Of a DNA stretch of 64,000 bases, positions 1 to 8,565 are shown one piece after another; positions within the stretch are counted from its first letter, which is position 1; each line of letters opens with the position of its first letter. A model generated the notes under the pieces. That model did no database searches. It was not told the origin of the DNA and worked only from the letters and a program-made list of their open reading frames with translations. Source of the DNA: Candidatus Latescibacterota bacterium (GTDB lineage: Bacteria > Latescibacterota > UBA2968 > UBA8231); assembly GCA_965248355.1 (NCBI GenBank), contig OZ252098.1, positions 608,001 through 672,000 on the forward strand. The letters run 5' to 3'. The translations under genes were made by a program, and so were the position numbers.

Positions 1-435
1 GCCGTCGCGAACCGCGGCCATCGCGTTCCGGGCGAATGCTTCGGGGGACCGGTCCGGGCGGGTGGCGCGGTTGATGTTGGCGTAGGTCCGGACCTCCCCG
101 CGGCAGGCGCCGCCGAGCAGGGCGTGCACCGGCGCCTGCAGGGACTTGCCGAGCAGGTCCCACAGGGCCTGCTCCAGACCGCTGAGCACGCGGACCCCCG
201 CGGCGTCCAGCTCGGCCGGCCGGAACCCGTCCACGAGGTGCCGGATTCGCCGGGGGTCCCGGCCGACGAGGGAGTCGGCCATCCGCCGCGCCAGGGGCAG
301 GCGGCCCCCGCGCCGCACCGAGGGGTTCAACTCCCCGAGGCCGCTCAGGCCGTCATCGGTGAGCACCTGCACGAAGGTCCAGTCCACCAGGGGGCTCACG
401 CGGACGGTGTGGAACTCGACGTTCTCGATTCTCAT
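1..435 (-). CDS. Enolase-superfamily (mandelate racemase/galactonate dehydratase-like) enzyme, 3' end outside window
   Basis: Manual translation from ATG at 435: MRIENVEFHTVRVSPLVDWTFVQVLTDDGLSGLGE...LSGLEQALWDLLGKSLQAPVHALLGG...YANINRA, a typical MR/MLE N-terminal domain. Confidence 0.85.
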   Translation of the reverse strand, partial: MRIENVEFHTVRVSPLVDWTFVQVLTDDGLSGLGELNPSVRRGGRLPLARRMADSLVGRDPRRIRHLVDGFRPAELDAAGVRVLSGLEQALWDLLGKSLQAPVHALLGGACRGEVRTYANINRATRPDRSPEAFARNAMAAVRDG

Positions 436-442
436 GCCGCTC

Positions 443-2545
443 TCAATAGACGGGAATCACGTTGCCCACCTTGCCGGTGAAGGCGTCGACCACGAGCCAC
501 AGGCCGCCGGAGACGATCTGCCCCAGGGCCATCCCGAGGAACAGGGGCCGGCTGCGCGTGTAGGTGCGGGCCCCGCCGAAGCGCAGCACCAGCACCTTGA
601 AGACCCAGGCGAGGAAGACGGGGAACCAGAGACGGCTCATGGCCCAGCCCATGCCCACGGGGTAGCCGATGGGATGCAGGGGCCACCAGGGAAGCTGCTG
701 GCGGGCCAGGAAGAGCAGGGCCATGACCGCCGCCCCGGCGCCGGTATGAATCCATCCCTCGATGCTGAGCTGCACCGGGGCGACCAGCTGCTTGGCGGCG
801 AACTCCGCGGGCCCCACGGCGAAGCTCTTGAAGTACTGGGGGTGCAGGTTGATGCCCCCGTGCTCGTGGGCCAGCTCCAGAAGGAACCAGCAGGAGGCGA
901 CGAGGGCGGCCACCATGGCCAGGGCCACGGCCCCGGAGATTCGCCGGCGGTGAGGGCCGGTGTCGCTGGCCAACCGCAGGCCGTTGGCGAGGGGGGCGCT
1001 CATGAAGACCAGAAAGTCCCCGGTCCAGATGTAGGAGTAGCCGAGGGCCACGAGGCCCGTCGGGCCCAGGGCCGGAGCGCCCACGCCGGAGAGCACGAAG
1101 CCGGCGGGGATCATGGCCGGCGTCACCGTGGGCAGGCCGGCTTCGGCGATGACCCGCGCCAGACCGATGAACAGGACCAGGGCGCAGGCCACCACCAGCG
1201 GCACCACGAGGGGAGGCAGCCCGGAGCGCCAGAGCCAGAGGGACATGATCGCAACGCCGGCGGCCAGGCCGAGGAGGGCGGCGCGGTAGGAGAGGATCTC
1301 CGCCGAGTCGTCGACCTCGGGGGCCCGCCCGAAGGCCTTGGCCAGAGCCTGGCGGAGATGGCCCCGCGCCGTCCACAGGCCGAAGAGGACGAGCACGGCG
1401 AGGGCCCCCGTCATCTCGTGGCCGACGCCCGGCTGGCTCCAGTCGCCCACCTCCTGCTCGTACCCCCGGATCCCGAAGAGGTGGAAGACCCGGTCCTGGA
1501 CGCGGTGCAGCAGGTAGAAGAACCACAGCCCCATGGAGACGGAGGAGCCGATGAGATAGGAAAACCCGAGGATCAGGAAGTTCACCGACAGGTCCAGGGA
1601 GATGCCGAAGACGAGGATGCTGTCCGACAACCTGAGGGAGGGGAAGGAGGCGTTGTACTTCGACAGGCCGTTGCTCAGATTGACGGCCAGGGGGATGGAC
1701 ATGCCGATCCAGGTCAGGGGATTGGTGAAGAACGGCGGCAGCCAGCGGCGCCCCGCGCCTTCGAGCATGGCCATGGGCACCTGGGCCATGGGGAAGGCGA
1801 GGCGCTCGCGGTCCACCCACTGTCGGCGCAGCAGCACCAGGGCGCACAGCTGCGCCAGGTAGAGCCCGAGGTAGAACACGGCCCACGAGGCCAGGGCCGG
1901 GAGCCAGGACTCCCAGCGCACGGCGCCGCCGCCCTCGAAGAACAGCAGCGCCGCCTCCGCATCGGAGACCACCATCCACTGCGGCAGATGGGGGTGGACC
2001 AGCTCCTCCCATCGATTCTCCGGGGTGGCGTAGTACTCGTGGCCGCTGATCATGGGCAGCAGCATGCCCATCACCCCCCGGGTGGGGATGGCGGAGGCCA
2101 CCATCATCATGAAGAACACGACGATCAGCTCGCCGCGGCGCAGGGCCCACCCGGCCCGCAGGCCGCGCAGCAGCGGCTGTATGAAGAGGAGCAGCAGGAA
2201 GAGGGCGAAGAAGGCGGCCGGGGTGGAGGAGCTGAGCCCCATGCGGCTGCCGCGGATCAGCATGCTCCCGTAGGGCACGCAGACGGCGATGATCACGCAG
2301 AAGGCGAGACCGTAAGCGAGGCTTCGGAAGGTGACCGCCGGGCCGGTGGCGGAGGCCGCGGCGTCTCCGCGCCGCTCGAGATGGGCGCGGTATTCGGGGG
2401 GCAGGATGCGTCTCACCGGGGGCGAAGATAGCGGCCCCGCGCCGGGCCCCCCAACGGCCGGTGCCCCTGCGGAGACGCCGTGCCCCTTCTGAGGCCGTCC
2501 GGTTCGGAGCGGCGGGCCGAAACGTGTCGACGCGGATTCCGCCAA
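443..2545 (-). CDS. Large polytopic membrane protein, DUF6785/DUF6784-like (putative transporter); start uncertain
   Basis: Many hydrophobic segments; motifs RRQWVDRERLAFPMAQVP and WWPLHPIGY. Confidence 0.7.
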   Translation of the reverse strand: MAESASTRFGPPLRTGRPQKGHGVSAGAPAVGGPGAGPLSSPPVRRILPPEYRAHLERRGDAAASATGPAVTFRSLAYGLAFCVIIAVCVPYGSMLIRGSRMGLSSSTPAAFFALFLLLLFIQPLLRGLRAGWALRRGELIVVFFMMMVASAIPTRGVMGMLLPMISGHEYYATPENRWEELVHPHLPQWMVVSDAEAALLFFEGGGAVRWESWLPALASWAVFYLGLYLAQLCALVLLRRQWVDRERLAFPMAQVPMAMLEGAGRRWLPPFFTNPLTWIGMSIPLAVNLSNGLSKYNASFPSLRLSDSILVFGISLDLSVNFLILGFSYLIGSSVSMGLWFFYLLHRVQDRVFHLFGIRGYEQEVGDWSQPGVGHEMTGALAVLVLFGLWTARGHLRQALAKAFGRAPEVDDSAEILSYRAALLGLAAGVAIMSLWLWRSGLPPLVVPLVVACALVLFIGLARVIAEAGLPTVTPAMIPAGFVLSGVGAPALGPTGLVALGYSYIWTGDFLVFMSAPLANGLRLASDTGPHRRRISGAVALAMVAALVASCWFLLELAHEHGGINLHPQYFKSFAVGPAEFAAKQLVAPVQLSIEGWIHTGAGAAVMALLFLARQQLPWWPLHPIGYPVGMGWAMSRLWFPVFLAWVFKVLVLRFGGARTYTRSRPLFLGMALGQIVSGGLWLVVDAFTGKVGNVIPVY

Positions 2546-2684
2546 CGATGCGGCGGGCGGCCGAGAGGATTTCGGAGCGAGTCCCGCCGGCGATGCAGGG
2601 GGCGGCCGGTCGCGTCGGCCTCAGAGGCCCTCGTCCCCCGGCCGGTCGGCGGTGCACCCCAAGAGCGGCTCGTCCCCGCCTGGC

Positions 2685-3980
2685 TCAGAGACTCTGGTCA
2701 GCCGACTCGGCGGCTTCTTCCGACTCCTTGCCGGACCATCCCTCGCCGCCGCCGGGTTCGTGCAGGTCGCCGGCGATGGGCAGCACCTCCACGCCCTCGC
2801 CCTCCGCCTCGCCGAGGATGCGGAAGCGGCTGGCCACCACCTCGGCGCCGAAGGGTCCGAAGCGGTTGGGGAAGCCCTGGTGGTCGCCGACCATGAACAC
2901 GCTGTCGTCGGGCATCACGCAGGCCGAGGGATAGTAGGCGAGGGGGTCGGCCTGGAAGCCCCGGTCGGCGGCGGGCGTCACCCAGGTCTCGCCGCAGTCG
3001 CGGCTGTAGAGGACCTGGCCGTTGCCGCCGGGGCCGCTGCAGGTGAGCAGCACCACGGTGCCGTCCGAGAGCACCAGCAGGTCGCCCTTCTTCACGGCGT
3101 TCGGATGAGGCCGGTCATCGGGCACGGGCAGATCCAGCAACGGCCGCGGCGCCGACCAGGTGCGCCCGTCGTCGCCGCTCGTCGTCCACAGCCCCCAGGG
3201 GCGGGAGGCCGTGGCCAGACGGCCGTCGGGCAGCCGCGCCAGGTGCCCCTCCTCCATGTCCCGCTCCGGGTCGCCGAAGATCGACCCGGTCTCCCAGGTG
3301 GCGCCGCCGTCGCCGGAGTGCAGCAGGGCCATCACCCAGCGCGTCTCGGCGGCTCCCGGCACGGCGTGGCCGTCGACCAGCATCCACAGGCCGCCGCCGG
3401 GAGCCTCGGAGAGCGAGCAGGGGTGCTCCAGCCGCGTCAGGAAGGGTCCGCTCGTGCGCCCCGTCTCCTCCCAGGTCTCGCCCCCGTCCCGGCTGCGGAA
3501 GACGGCGATCTGCTCGGGGAAGGAGAGGTCCATGCGCCGCAGGAACTCCACCGGGTCGGTGGGCAGGCGTCCGGCCCAGTACCAGCCGCTCTGGATCAGG
3601 GCGGCCATGTACAGGGTGCCGTCGCCGTGCTGGAAGAGGGCGCCGGGGCCGTAGGCGTCGGGCAGGTCGGCCAGCACCCGGGGCCGCGACCAGGTGGCGC
3701 CGTCGTCGCGGCTGCGGGTCCAGAGGATGCGCCCGCCCGTGGGCGCATCCCAGGCGCCGCCGCCCTCGAACTGGGACTCCATGTACTCGGCGTGGTCCGG
3801 CAGCTCGGGCCGCGGGTTGACCCAGGAGGCGTGCCAGTACCCGGCGCTGAAGGCGACGAAGAGGGTGCCGTCCCGCAGCCGGCAGATGCGCGGCCAGCCG
3901 CAGAACCCGCCGAAGCCGGGGAAGGGGTCCGGGGGGTTGACCTCGGGGGAGACGACGATCTTGCGGAGTCCGGTTGGCAT
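2685..3980 (-). CDS. Sialidase-like beta-propeller protein with BNR/Asp-box repeats
   Basis: Five Asp boxes: SRDDGATW, SRDGGETW, SGDGGATW, SGDDGRTW, SRDCGETW. Confidence 0.8.
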   Translation of the reverse strand: MPTGLRKIVVSPEVNPPDPFPGFGGFCGWPRICRLRDGTLFVAFSAGYWHASWVNPRPELPDHAEYMESQFEGGGAWDAPTGGRILWTRSRDDGATWSRPRVLADLPDAYGPGALFQHGDGTLYMAALIQSGWYWAGRLPTDPVEFLRRMDLSFPEQIAVFRSRDGGETWEETGRTSGPFLTRLEHPCSLSEAPGGGLWMLVDGHAVPGAAETRWVMALLHSGDGGATWETGSIFGDPERDMEEGHLARLPDGRLATASRPWGLWTTSGDDGRTWSAPRPLLDLPVPDDRPHPNAVKKGDLLVLSDGTVVLLTCSGPGGNGQVLYSRDCGETWVTPAADRGFQADPLAYYPSACVMPDDSVFMVGDHQGFPNRFGPFGAEVVASRFRILGEAEGEGVEVLPIAGDLHEPGGGEGWSGKESEEAAESADQSL

Positions 3981-3985
3981 GGGAA

Positions 3986-4282
3986 TCAGTAGTGGTACCG
4001 GGCCTGGAGGAAGTCGACGCCGTCGTCGAGGACGCGGTAGACGAGGCGGTCCCGGGCCGTGATCCGCCGCGACCAGATGTCGGAGCCGAGGTGTCTCAGA
4101 GGCTCGGGCTTTCCCGGGCCGTCAAAGGGGTCCCGGCGAACCGCCTTCATGAGAGCGAGAACCCGCAGGGCCGTCTTGCGGTCGGTCCGCACCCAGAATC
4201 CGAGATCCTCCATGCACTCCTCCTGAATGATGGTGCGTCGCGCTCGCCGTGGCTCCCGGCTCGTGGCGCGCCGGCGGGCCAA
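3986..4282 (-). CDS. yoeB: Txe/YoeB family toxin
   Basis: GPGKPEPLRH, WSRRIT, RLVY and C-terminal RYHY. Confidence 0.9.
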   Translation of the reverse strand: MARRRATSREPRRARRTIIQEECMEDLGFWVRTDRKTALRVLALMKAVRRDPFDGPGKPEPLRHLGSDIWSRRITARDRLVYRVLDDGVDFLQARYHY

Positions 4283-4286
4283 GGAG

Positions 4287-4577
4287 TCAGTCCGGCGGCT
4301 CGGGGAGACCGAGCTCCCTGGCGAGGGACTCCAGGTCGGCCGGGGAGGTCCGGCCCTGGCGGGACCGGTGCAGGGCCGACAGCAGCCGGGAGGCGTTCCT
4401 GGGAGAGCGCAGAAGGTACGCGGTCTCCTGAAGGCTCTCCAACTCGTCCGCCGGCAGGAGGACCATGGTGTCGTGGCCCCGGCGTTCGAGGATGGCCGGC
4501 TCCCGGCTGTTCTCCACCTCGTCCCAGATCTCGGCCAGCTTTTCTCTCGCCAAGCTGTAGGAAGCCCTCACGCTCAT
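4287..4577 (-). CDS. yefM: Phd/YefM family antitoxin
   Basis: MSVRASYSLAREKLAEIWDEV...SLQETAYLLRSPRNASRL, directly upstream of yoeB. Confidence 0.9.
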   Translation of the reverse strand: MSVRASYSLAREKLAEIWDEVENSREPAILERRGHDTMVLLPADELESLQETAYLLRSPRNASRLLSALHRSRQGRTSPADLESLARELGLPEPPD

Positions 4578-4596
4578 GACTCTCCGCTCCTGAAGA

Positions 4597-4615
4597 CGTA
4601 CAGGAATACTGTACG
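4597..4615. promoter_or_regulatory. Palindromic operator of yefM-yoeB
   Basis: CGTACAG-gaata-CTGTACG inverted repeat with GTAC cores about 20 nt upstream of yefM. Confidence 0.7.
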
Positions 4616-4636
4616 ATTTCTGTCGTGCATGGTCAA

Positions 4637-5554
4637 TCAGAGCAACTGCGCGGCGACTACACCCTTTCCCGCCCGCCGCCGCAGCTCTCCCAGGCGGCGT
4701 CCCAGCTTCTCCACCTCCTCCTCGAGGAGACGGATCTCGTCGCCGACGCTGATCTCGCCGTCGCGCTCGAGGTGCCGTCTCCGTTCCTCGGCCTCCTTCT
4801 CGGCCTTGGCCTCGGACATGGAGTTGATGATCACGCCGATGAACAGGTTCAGCATGATCATGGTCCCGAGCATCACGAAGGAGACGAAGAAGGCGGCCCC
4901 GAGGAGGGGCCGGCCCAGGGAGGCTTCGCGCAGGTGGGCCTGGGCGAAGTCGGCGTAACCCGGATAGGCGTCGCTGCCGTACATCTGGATGTACATCACG
5001 TCCGTCCAGTCCTCCAGGGTCACCACCCGGAAGAGGGTGAGCAGCGACGTGGACAGGTCCTGGAAGTGGACGGGGTCGTTGCCCCGGAAGAGAAAGATCC
5101 CCATCACCGAGTACACCTAGAACAGCACCGTCAGCAGCAACCCCACGTAGCCCAGGGAGGGGATCGACTTGAGCAGCGAGCTGACCAGCAGCTGCAGCCT
5201 GGGAACGGCCGTCACCAGCCGCAGGGCCCGCAGCACCCGCGCCAGCCGCAGCACCGCCGCGTACTGCCCTCCCACCGGCAGCAGGCAGACGACCACGATG
5301 AGGAAGTCGAAGACGTTCCAGGGGTCCGCGAAGTAGCGGTACCAGCCCCGGCCGTGGCGCCCGATCTTGAGGGCCGCCTCGAGGATGAAGATCCCCAGGA
5401 CCACCTTGTCGAGGCCGTGCAGAAGGGCCCCGTGGGAGGCCACCAGGTCGCGCGAGGTCTCCAGCCCCACCAGCAGCGCCGCCATGACGATGACGGCCAG
5501 GACCCCGTGCTGGAAGGGGTCGGAGTCCACCAGTCGGCCGAGTGGTTCGGTCAC
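4637..5554 (-). pseudogene. Bacterial voltage-gated Na+/Ca2+ channel (BacNav-like) interrupted by an in-frame TAG at 5117-5119
   Basis: Two abutting same-frame ORFs; DPWNVFDF, S4 LRLARVLRALRLV, filter TLEDWTD, S6 MLNLFIGVII, C-terminal coiled coil. Confidence 0.85.
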
Positions 5555-5641
5555 CGCCGCATCCGGGCGACAGGTCCCGCCAAGTCATGGACATCCCTTG
5601 TATGTGGAGCAGGGATGATGTCAGGGCTGCGACCTGAACTC

Positions 5642-6462
5642 TCAAGGAAGTCTCAGAGTGGCAAGCCACTTCTCGAACTCTCCGTTTCGCCTGGGCAAGA
5701 TGGGGGACTTGCCCTGCTTCAGGGCTTCGCATGTCCTGGCGTCCGCAAAGCCGAGGTCACAGTACGCCATTCCGGCTATATGGGACTGATCTTCGTAGTC
5801 GGATAACTGAGAACCACTCATTTTGGACATCCCCTGGTTGTAGGCTGCACACATTGAGAAGGCGGGCAGGGCCATGATGTCGACCTCCTCGGCGAACTCG
5901 CGACGTGTCGACTCACCCACGAAGAGACCCGATCCCGGCAAGTATTTCGGGATGTGATAGAGAACACGTTCCCTGGGTTCTCGGAGCGCGCCAGTTCGAA
6001 ACCCGGGAAATACCTCTGTGCGTTCGGGGAGGTATTCCTGTATGAAGACTGGGTTCTGCGAGAGTGTCTCAACTTGGCTCTCGACTGGTTCATTCTTCAA
6101 CTTCTCGGTAATGGGCTCGTGGGGAAGGTCGGGCATTGTCTCGACAAGAGAGTCCCTGAAGGGCTGGATCCTCGGAGGCTCGATTCTGAGGAACCGGGCA
6201 AAGGCTGCTTCAACCTCAGCCTGCTCTATTCTGTCCCGAAATCGGGCCCATTGAGTCGTACCCATATTCCTGACTCGGTCGAGGTACTTCGCAACGGTCC
6301 TCCATCCATCCTCTCTTGCTGTGCCAGTTCAAGGAGATGGGTGTAGGAAAGAACGGGTGCCACCTTGCCATCAGAGACTGCCTCCTCGAAGTCGACGACC
6401 CGGCAATTGCCTTCAGCGAGATCGATCCAGTTCGCTGTATCCAGATACGCTTTCTTGCACAT
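5642..6462 (-). pseudogene. PIN-like nuclease-fold protein, frameshifted near 6312
   Basis: N-terminal AYLDTANW...HLLEL continues in another frame as DGWRTVAKYLDRV... to C-terminal DYEDQSHIAGMAYCDLGFAD; visibly lower GC than flanks. Confidence 0.55.
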
Positions 6463-6519
6463 TGTGAATTCTTCAAATTCGCCTGGGAATGTGGGGTTGC
6501 AAGAAGCTGAGTGCAGCAA

Positions 6520-7095
6520 TCATTGCTCTGAAGGCACCGAGGCGAAGAGCCGCCGCACGGCGCACCCGAAGCCCGGCAGAACATCTCCGCCCCCGAGATC
6601 CTGCTCCGTTCCGACCACCTCGACCTCGCGTGCCGACCGGTATACGTGGACCATCCGGGTTTCCGGTTCCACGAGCCAGACCAGGCGAGTCCCGGCCGCG
6701 AAGTACTCGGCGATCTTGACGTGGACATCCGCGAGGCGGTCCGACGGTGAGACGACTTCGACAGCGAGGTCGGGAGCGAAGGGCCAGTAACGGGCGGGGA
6801 TGCCTGTGTCCGGAATACGGGACTTCAGCACGACTGCGGCGTCTGGAGCGCGTACCGTATCAGGGTCCCGCTTCAGGATGAACCCGGTCTCGGCGCCGCA
6901 GCAGACGCCGAGGTCGTGTGCTTCGACGTACTCGTCGAGCAGGCGCCCGATGCGGACCGCCAGGGCGCCATGCCTGCCGCCAGTCGGGGTCATGGGAACA
7001 AGCTCTCCTTCGACGAGCTCAGAACGACCGTCATCGTCCGGCAGGTCGAACAGCTCTTCGGCAGTCATGCGTGAACGGGGGGCGGTGACGGTCAT
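6520..7095 (-). CDS. Uma2 (DUF820) family PD-(D/E)XK endonuclease
   Basis: ELVEGEL, RAPDAAV, APDLAVEVVSPSD, KIAEYFAAGTRLVWLV. Confidence 0.9.
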   Translation of the reverse strand: MTVTAPRSRMTAEELFDLPDDDGRSELVEGELVPMTPTGGRHGALAVRIGRLLDEYVEAHDLGVCCGAETGFILKRDPDTVRAPDAAVVLKSRIPDTGIPARYWPFAPDLAVEVVSPSDRLADVHVKIAEYFAAGTRLVWLVEPETRMVHVYRSAREVEVVGTEQDLGGGDVLPGFGCAVRRLFASVPSEQ

Positions 7096-7247
7096 CGAGT
7101 CCTCCTGACATCAAAATGGAGCTCATCGAGATGACAGAATCGAAGGAAGGAGTCGCTCACCGGGCAAGGAGCCCGAAGCACCTCGACGCCCTCGGGTACT
7201 TGGGAGAGCGGCAACAGGGCGGATGCGGCGAAGGCCCGGAAAAGGCG

Positions 7248-7281
7248 ACAGGCACTTGACCTCCCTGGGCCAAGTGCCTGT
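7248..7281 (-). terminator. Hairpin downstream of tRNA-Phe, probable terminator
   Basis: 11-bp inverted repeat ACAGGCACTTG / CAAGTGCCTGT with short T runs nearby on both strands. Confidence 0.5.
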
Positions 7282-7298
7282 TTTCCCTTGAGAATAAG

Positions 7299-7374
7299 TG
7301 GTGGCTCCTCGCGGAATCGAACCGCGGACACAGGGATTTTCAGTCCCCTGCTCTACCAACTGAGCTAAAGAGCC
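7299..7374 (-). tRNA. tRNA-Phe (GAA)
   Basis: GGCTCTTTAGCTCAGTTGGTAGAGCAGGGGACTGAAAATCCCTGTGTCCGCGGTTCGATTCCGCGAGGAGCCACCA: 76 nt cloverleaf with encoded CCA. Confidence 0.97.
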
Positions 7375-7393
7375 AAGCTCCAAAGAGGCGCGG

Positions 7394-7423
7394 AATATAT
7401 CCGCGCCCGAGAAAGAGTGTCAA
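7394..7423 (-). promoter_or_regulatory. sigma70-type promoter of tRNA-Phe
   Basis: TTGACA-N18-TATATT on the minus strand. Confidence 0.65.
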
Positions 7424-7434
7424 GGAGAGCCCCA

Positions 7435-8001
7435 ATGGCGGTCAGCGTGATCCCTTTCCGGATGCCGGAGCCGGGCCAGATTCCGGAGCACATCGCCGGG
7501 CACCTGCGGCAGATGCCGGCCCACGAGGCCGTGCGCCGCGGCATGGAGCTGCTCATGCAGATCGAGGTGGCCCACGTCATGCTCTGGGAGCGGGTCGACG
7601 GCGAGGGCCGGCTGCACCTGCAGGAGGTCCTGGTCAAGGATGGGCGGCCGGAAGAGCTGAAGGAGAGGCTGGGCTCCGAGCCCTTCTACGGAGAGCCGCT
7701 CGACGGGGCCGCCTCGGGGCTGGCGGGCCGGGCCTTCGAGGCCGGCCAGTCGCTGCTGATCATGGGCCAGCAGGCCGCCGGGGAGGAGCCGGGGCTGCCG
7801 CCGGCGCTGGCCGCCCACCTGCTGCCGGAGGGCGCCGGAAATGTGGGATTCCTCTACGTGCTCACCCTGGCCGCCGCGGACAGCCGGCCCCTGGGGGCGC
7901 TGACCCTCGTGAGGCCCGCCTCGGAGGGGCCCCTCAACCACGAGCAGCCCAACATCACCGAAGCGATGCGCCGTCTCCTGTCGGAGATCCTGGCCGGCTG
8001 A
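7435..8001 (+). CDS. Hypothetical stand-alone GAF-like protein
   Basis: GLAGRAFEAGQSLL and PLGALTLV resemble GAF elements; AAGGAGAG RBS before ATG at 7435. Confidence 0.5.
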   Translation: MAVSVIPFRMPEPGQIPEHIAGHLRQMPAHEAVRRGMELLMQIEVAHVMLWERVDGEGRLHLQEVLVKDGRPEELKERLGSEPFYGEPLDGAASGLAGRAFEAGQSLLIMGQQAAGEEPGLPPALAAHLLPEGAGNVGFLYVLTLAAADSRPLGALTLVRPASEGPLNHEQPNITEAMRRLLSEILAG

Positions 8002-8073
8002 CGGGTCTCCGTACACACGAACGCCCGCCACCCCCGAGAGGGCTGCGGGCGTTTGTCGGTGCGGGACCTCGGC

Positions 8074-8343
8074 CTAGCGGGCGACGGCCTCGAGGACCTG
8101 GTTCTGCACTATCCACGCCTCCACCTCTTCGCCGCTCACATCGGCCAGCATCCGGCCGTTGATCTCGACGCACGGAGAGAGGGGCTGGCCGCTCTTCTGG
8201 ACCATCTCGGCGTAGTTTTGGGGGTTGTTGATGATGTCACGGTCTTCGTACGCCAGTCCGTGCCGGTCGAAGACCTCGCGAACCCCGGCGCTCCAGCCAC
8301 AGACGGGCTTGAGCCAAGCGATGATCTTGGGTGCTTCGGCCAT
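8074..8343 (-). CDS. Glutaredoxin-like protein (monothiol CGWS)
   Basis: KPVCGWS active site, SGQPLSPCVEING. Confidence 0.8.
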   Translation of the reverse strand: MAEAPKIIAWLKPVCGWSAGVREVFDRHGLAYEDRDIINNPQNYAEMVQKSGQPLSPCVEINGRMLADVSGEEVEAWIVQNQVLEAVAR

Positions 8344-8410
8344 GCGGTGAGCCTCCTGAGAGAGGTGGAGAGGGTGTTCCGAGGGGGGTACGGCAGCCTG
8401 TTGAAGGGCG

Positions 8411-8438
8411 AATATACACAGGCCTATCTATCTGTCAA
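8411..8438 (-). promoter_or_regulatory. sigma70-type promoter of the glutaredoxin gene
   Basis: TTGACA-N16-TATATT on the minus strand. Confidence 0.6.
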
Positions 8439-8465
8439 GCCAATGTGTTAGGTACATTTCACCGA

Positions 8466-8495
8466 TTGACGGAACGGGGCCGCCCCCATTACATT
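8466..8495 (+). promoter_or_regulatory. sigma70-type promoter of the murA operon
   Basis: TTGACG-N18-TACATT, divergent from the glutaredoxin promoter. Confidence 0.5.
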
Positions 8496-8565
8496 AGCGG
8501 TCACCCCCTCCCAGGTTTTCCCGTCCGTCCGCCCTCGCTCCCCGCGGAAAAGCGAATCCAACGAG

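Noticed and set aside
146..2431. Very long alternative-frame or antisense ORFs (e.g. 146-2431, 17452-22029, 26977-29700, 30513-33533, 45801-49283)
   Set aside because: Shadow ORFs of high-GC coding DNA; low-complexity translations overlapping genes with clear motifs
5117..5119. Pyrrolysine or genome-wide TAG recoding
   Set aside because: TAG ends several normal genes here (e.g. at 10973, 19626, 24712, 29658); no pyl genes seen; the site corresponds to a Tyr codon one base away
7116..7259. 47-codon plus-strand ORF containing LDALGYL
   Set aside because: No clear RBS, it lies in the tRNA terminator region, and a short motif like this can arise by chance
3986..7374. Integrative element anchored at tRNA-Phe
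   Set aside because: No integrase and no duplicate of the tRNA 3' end found by eye
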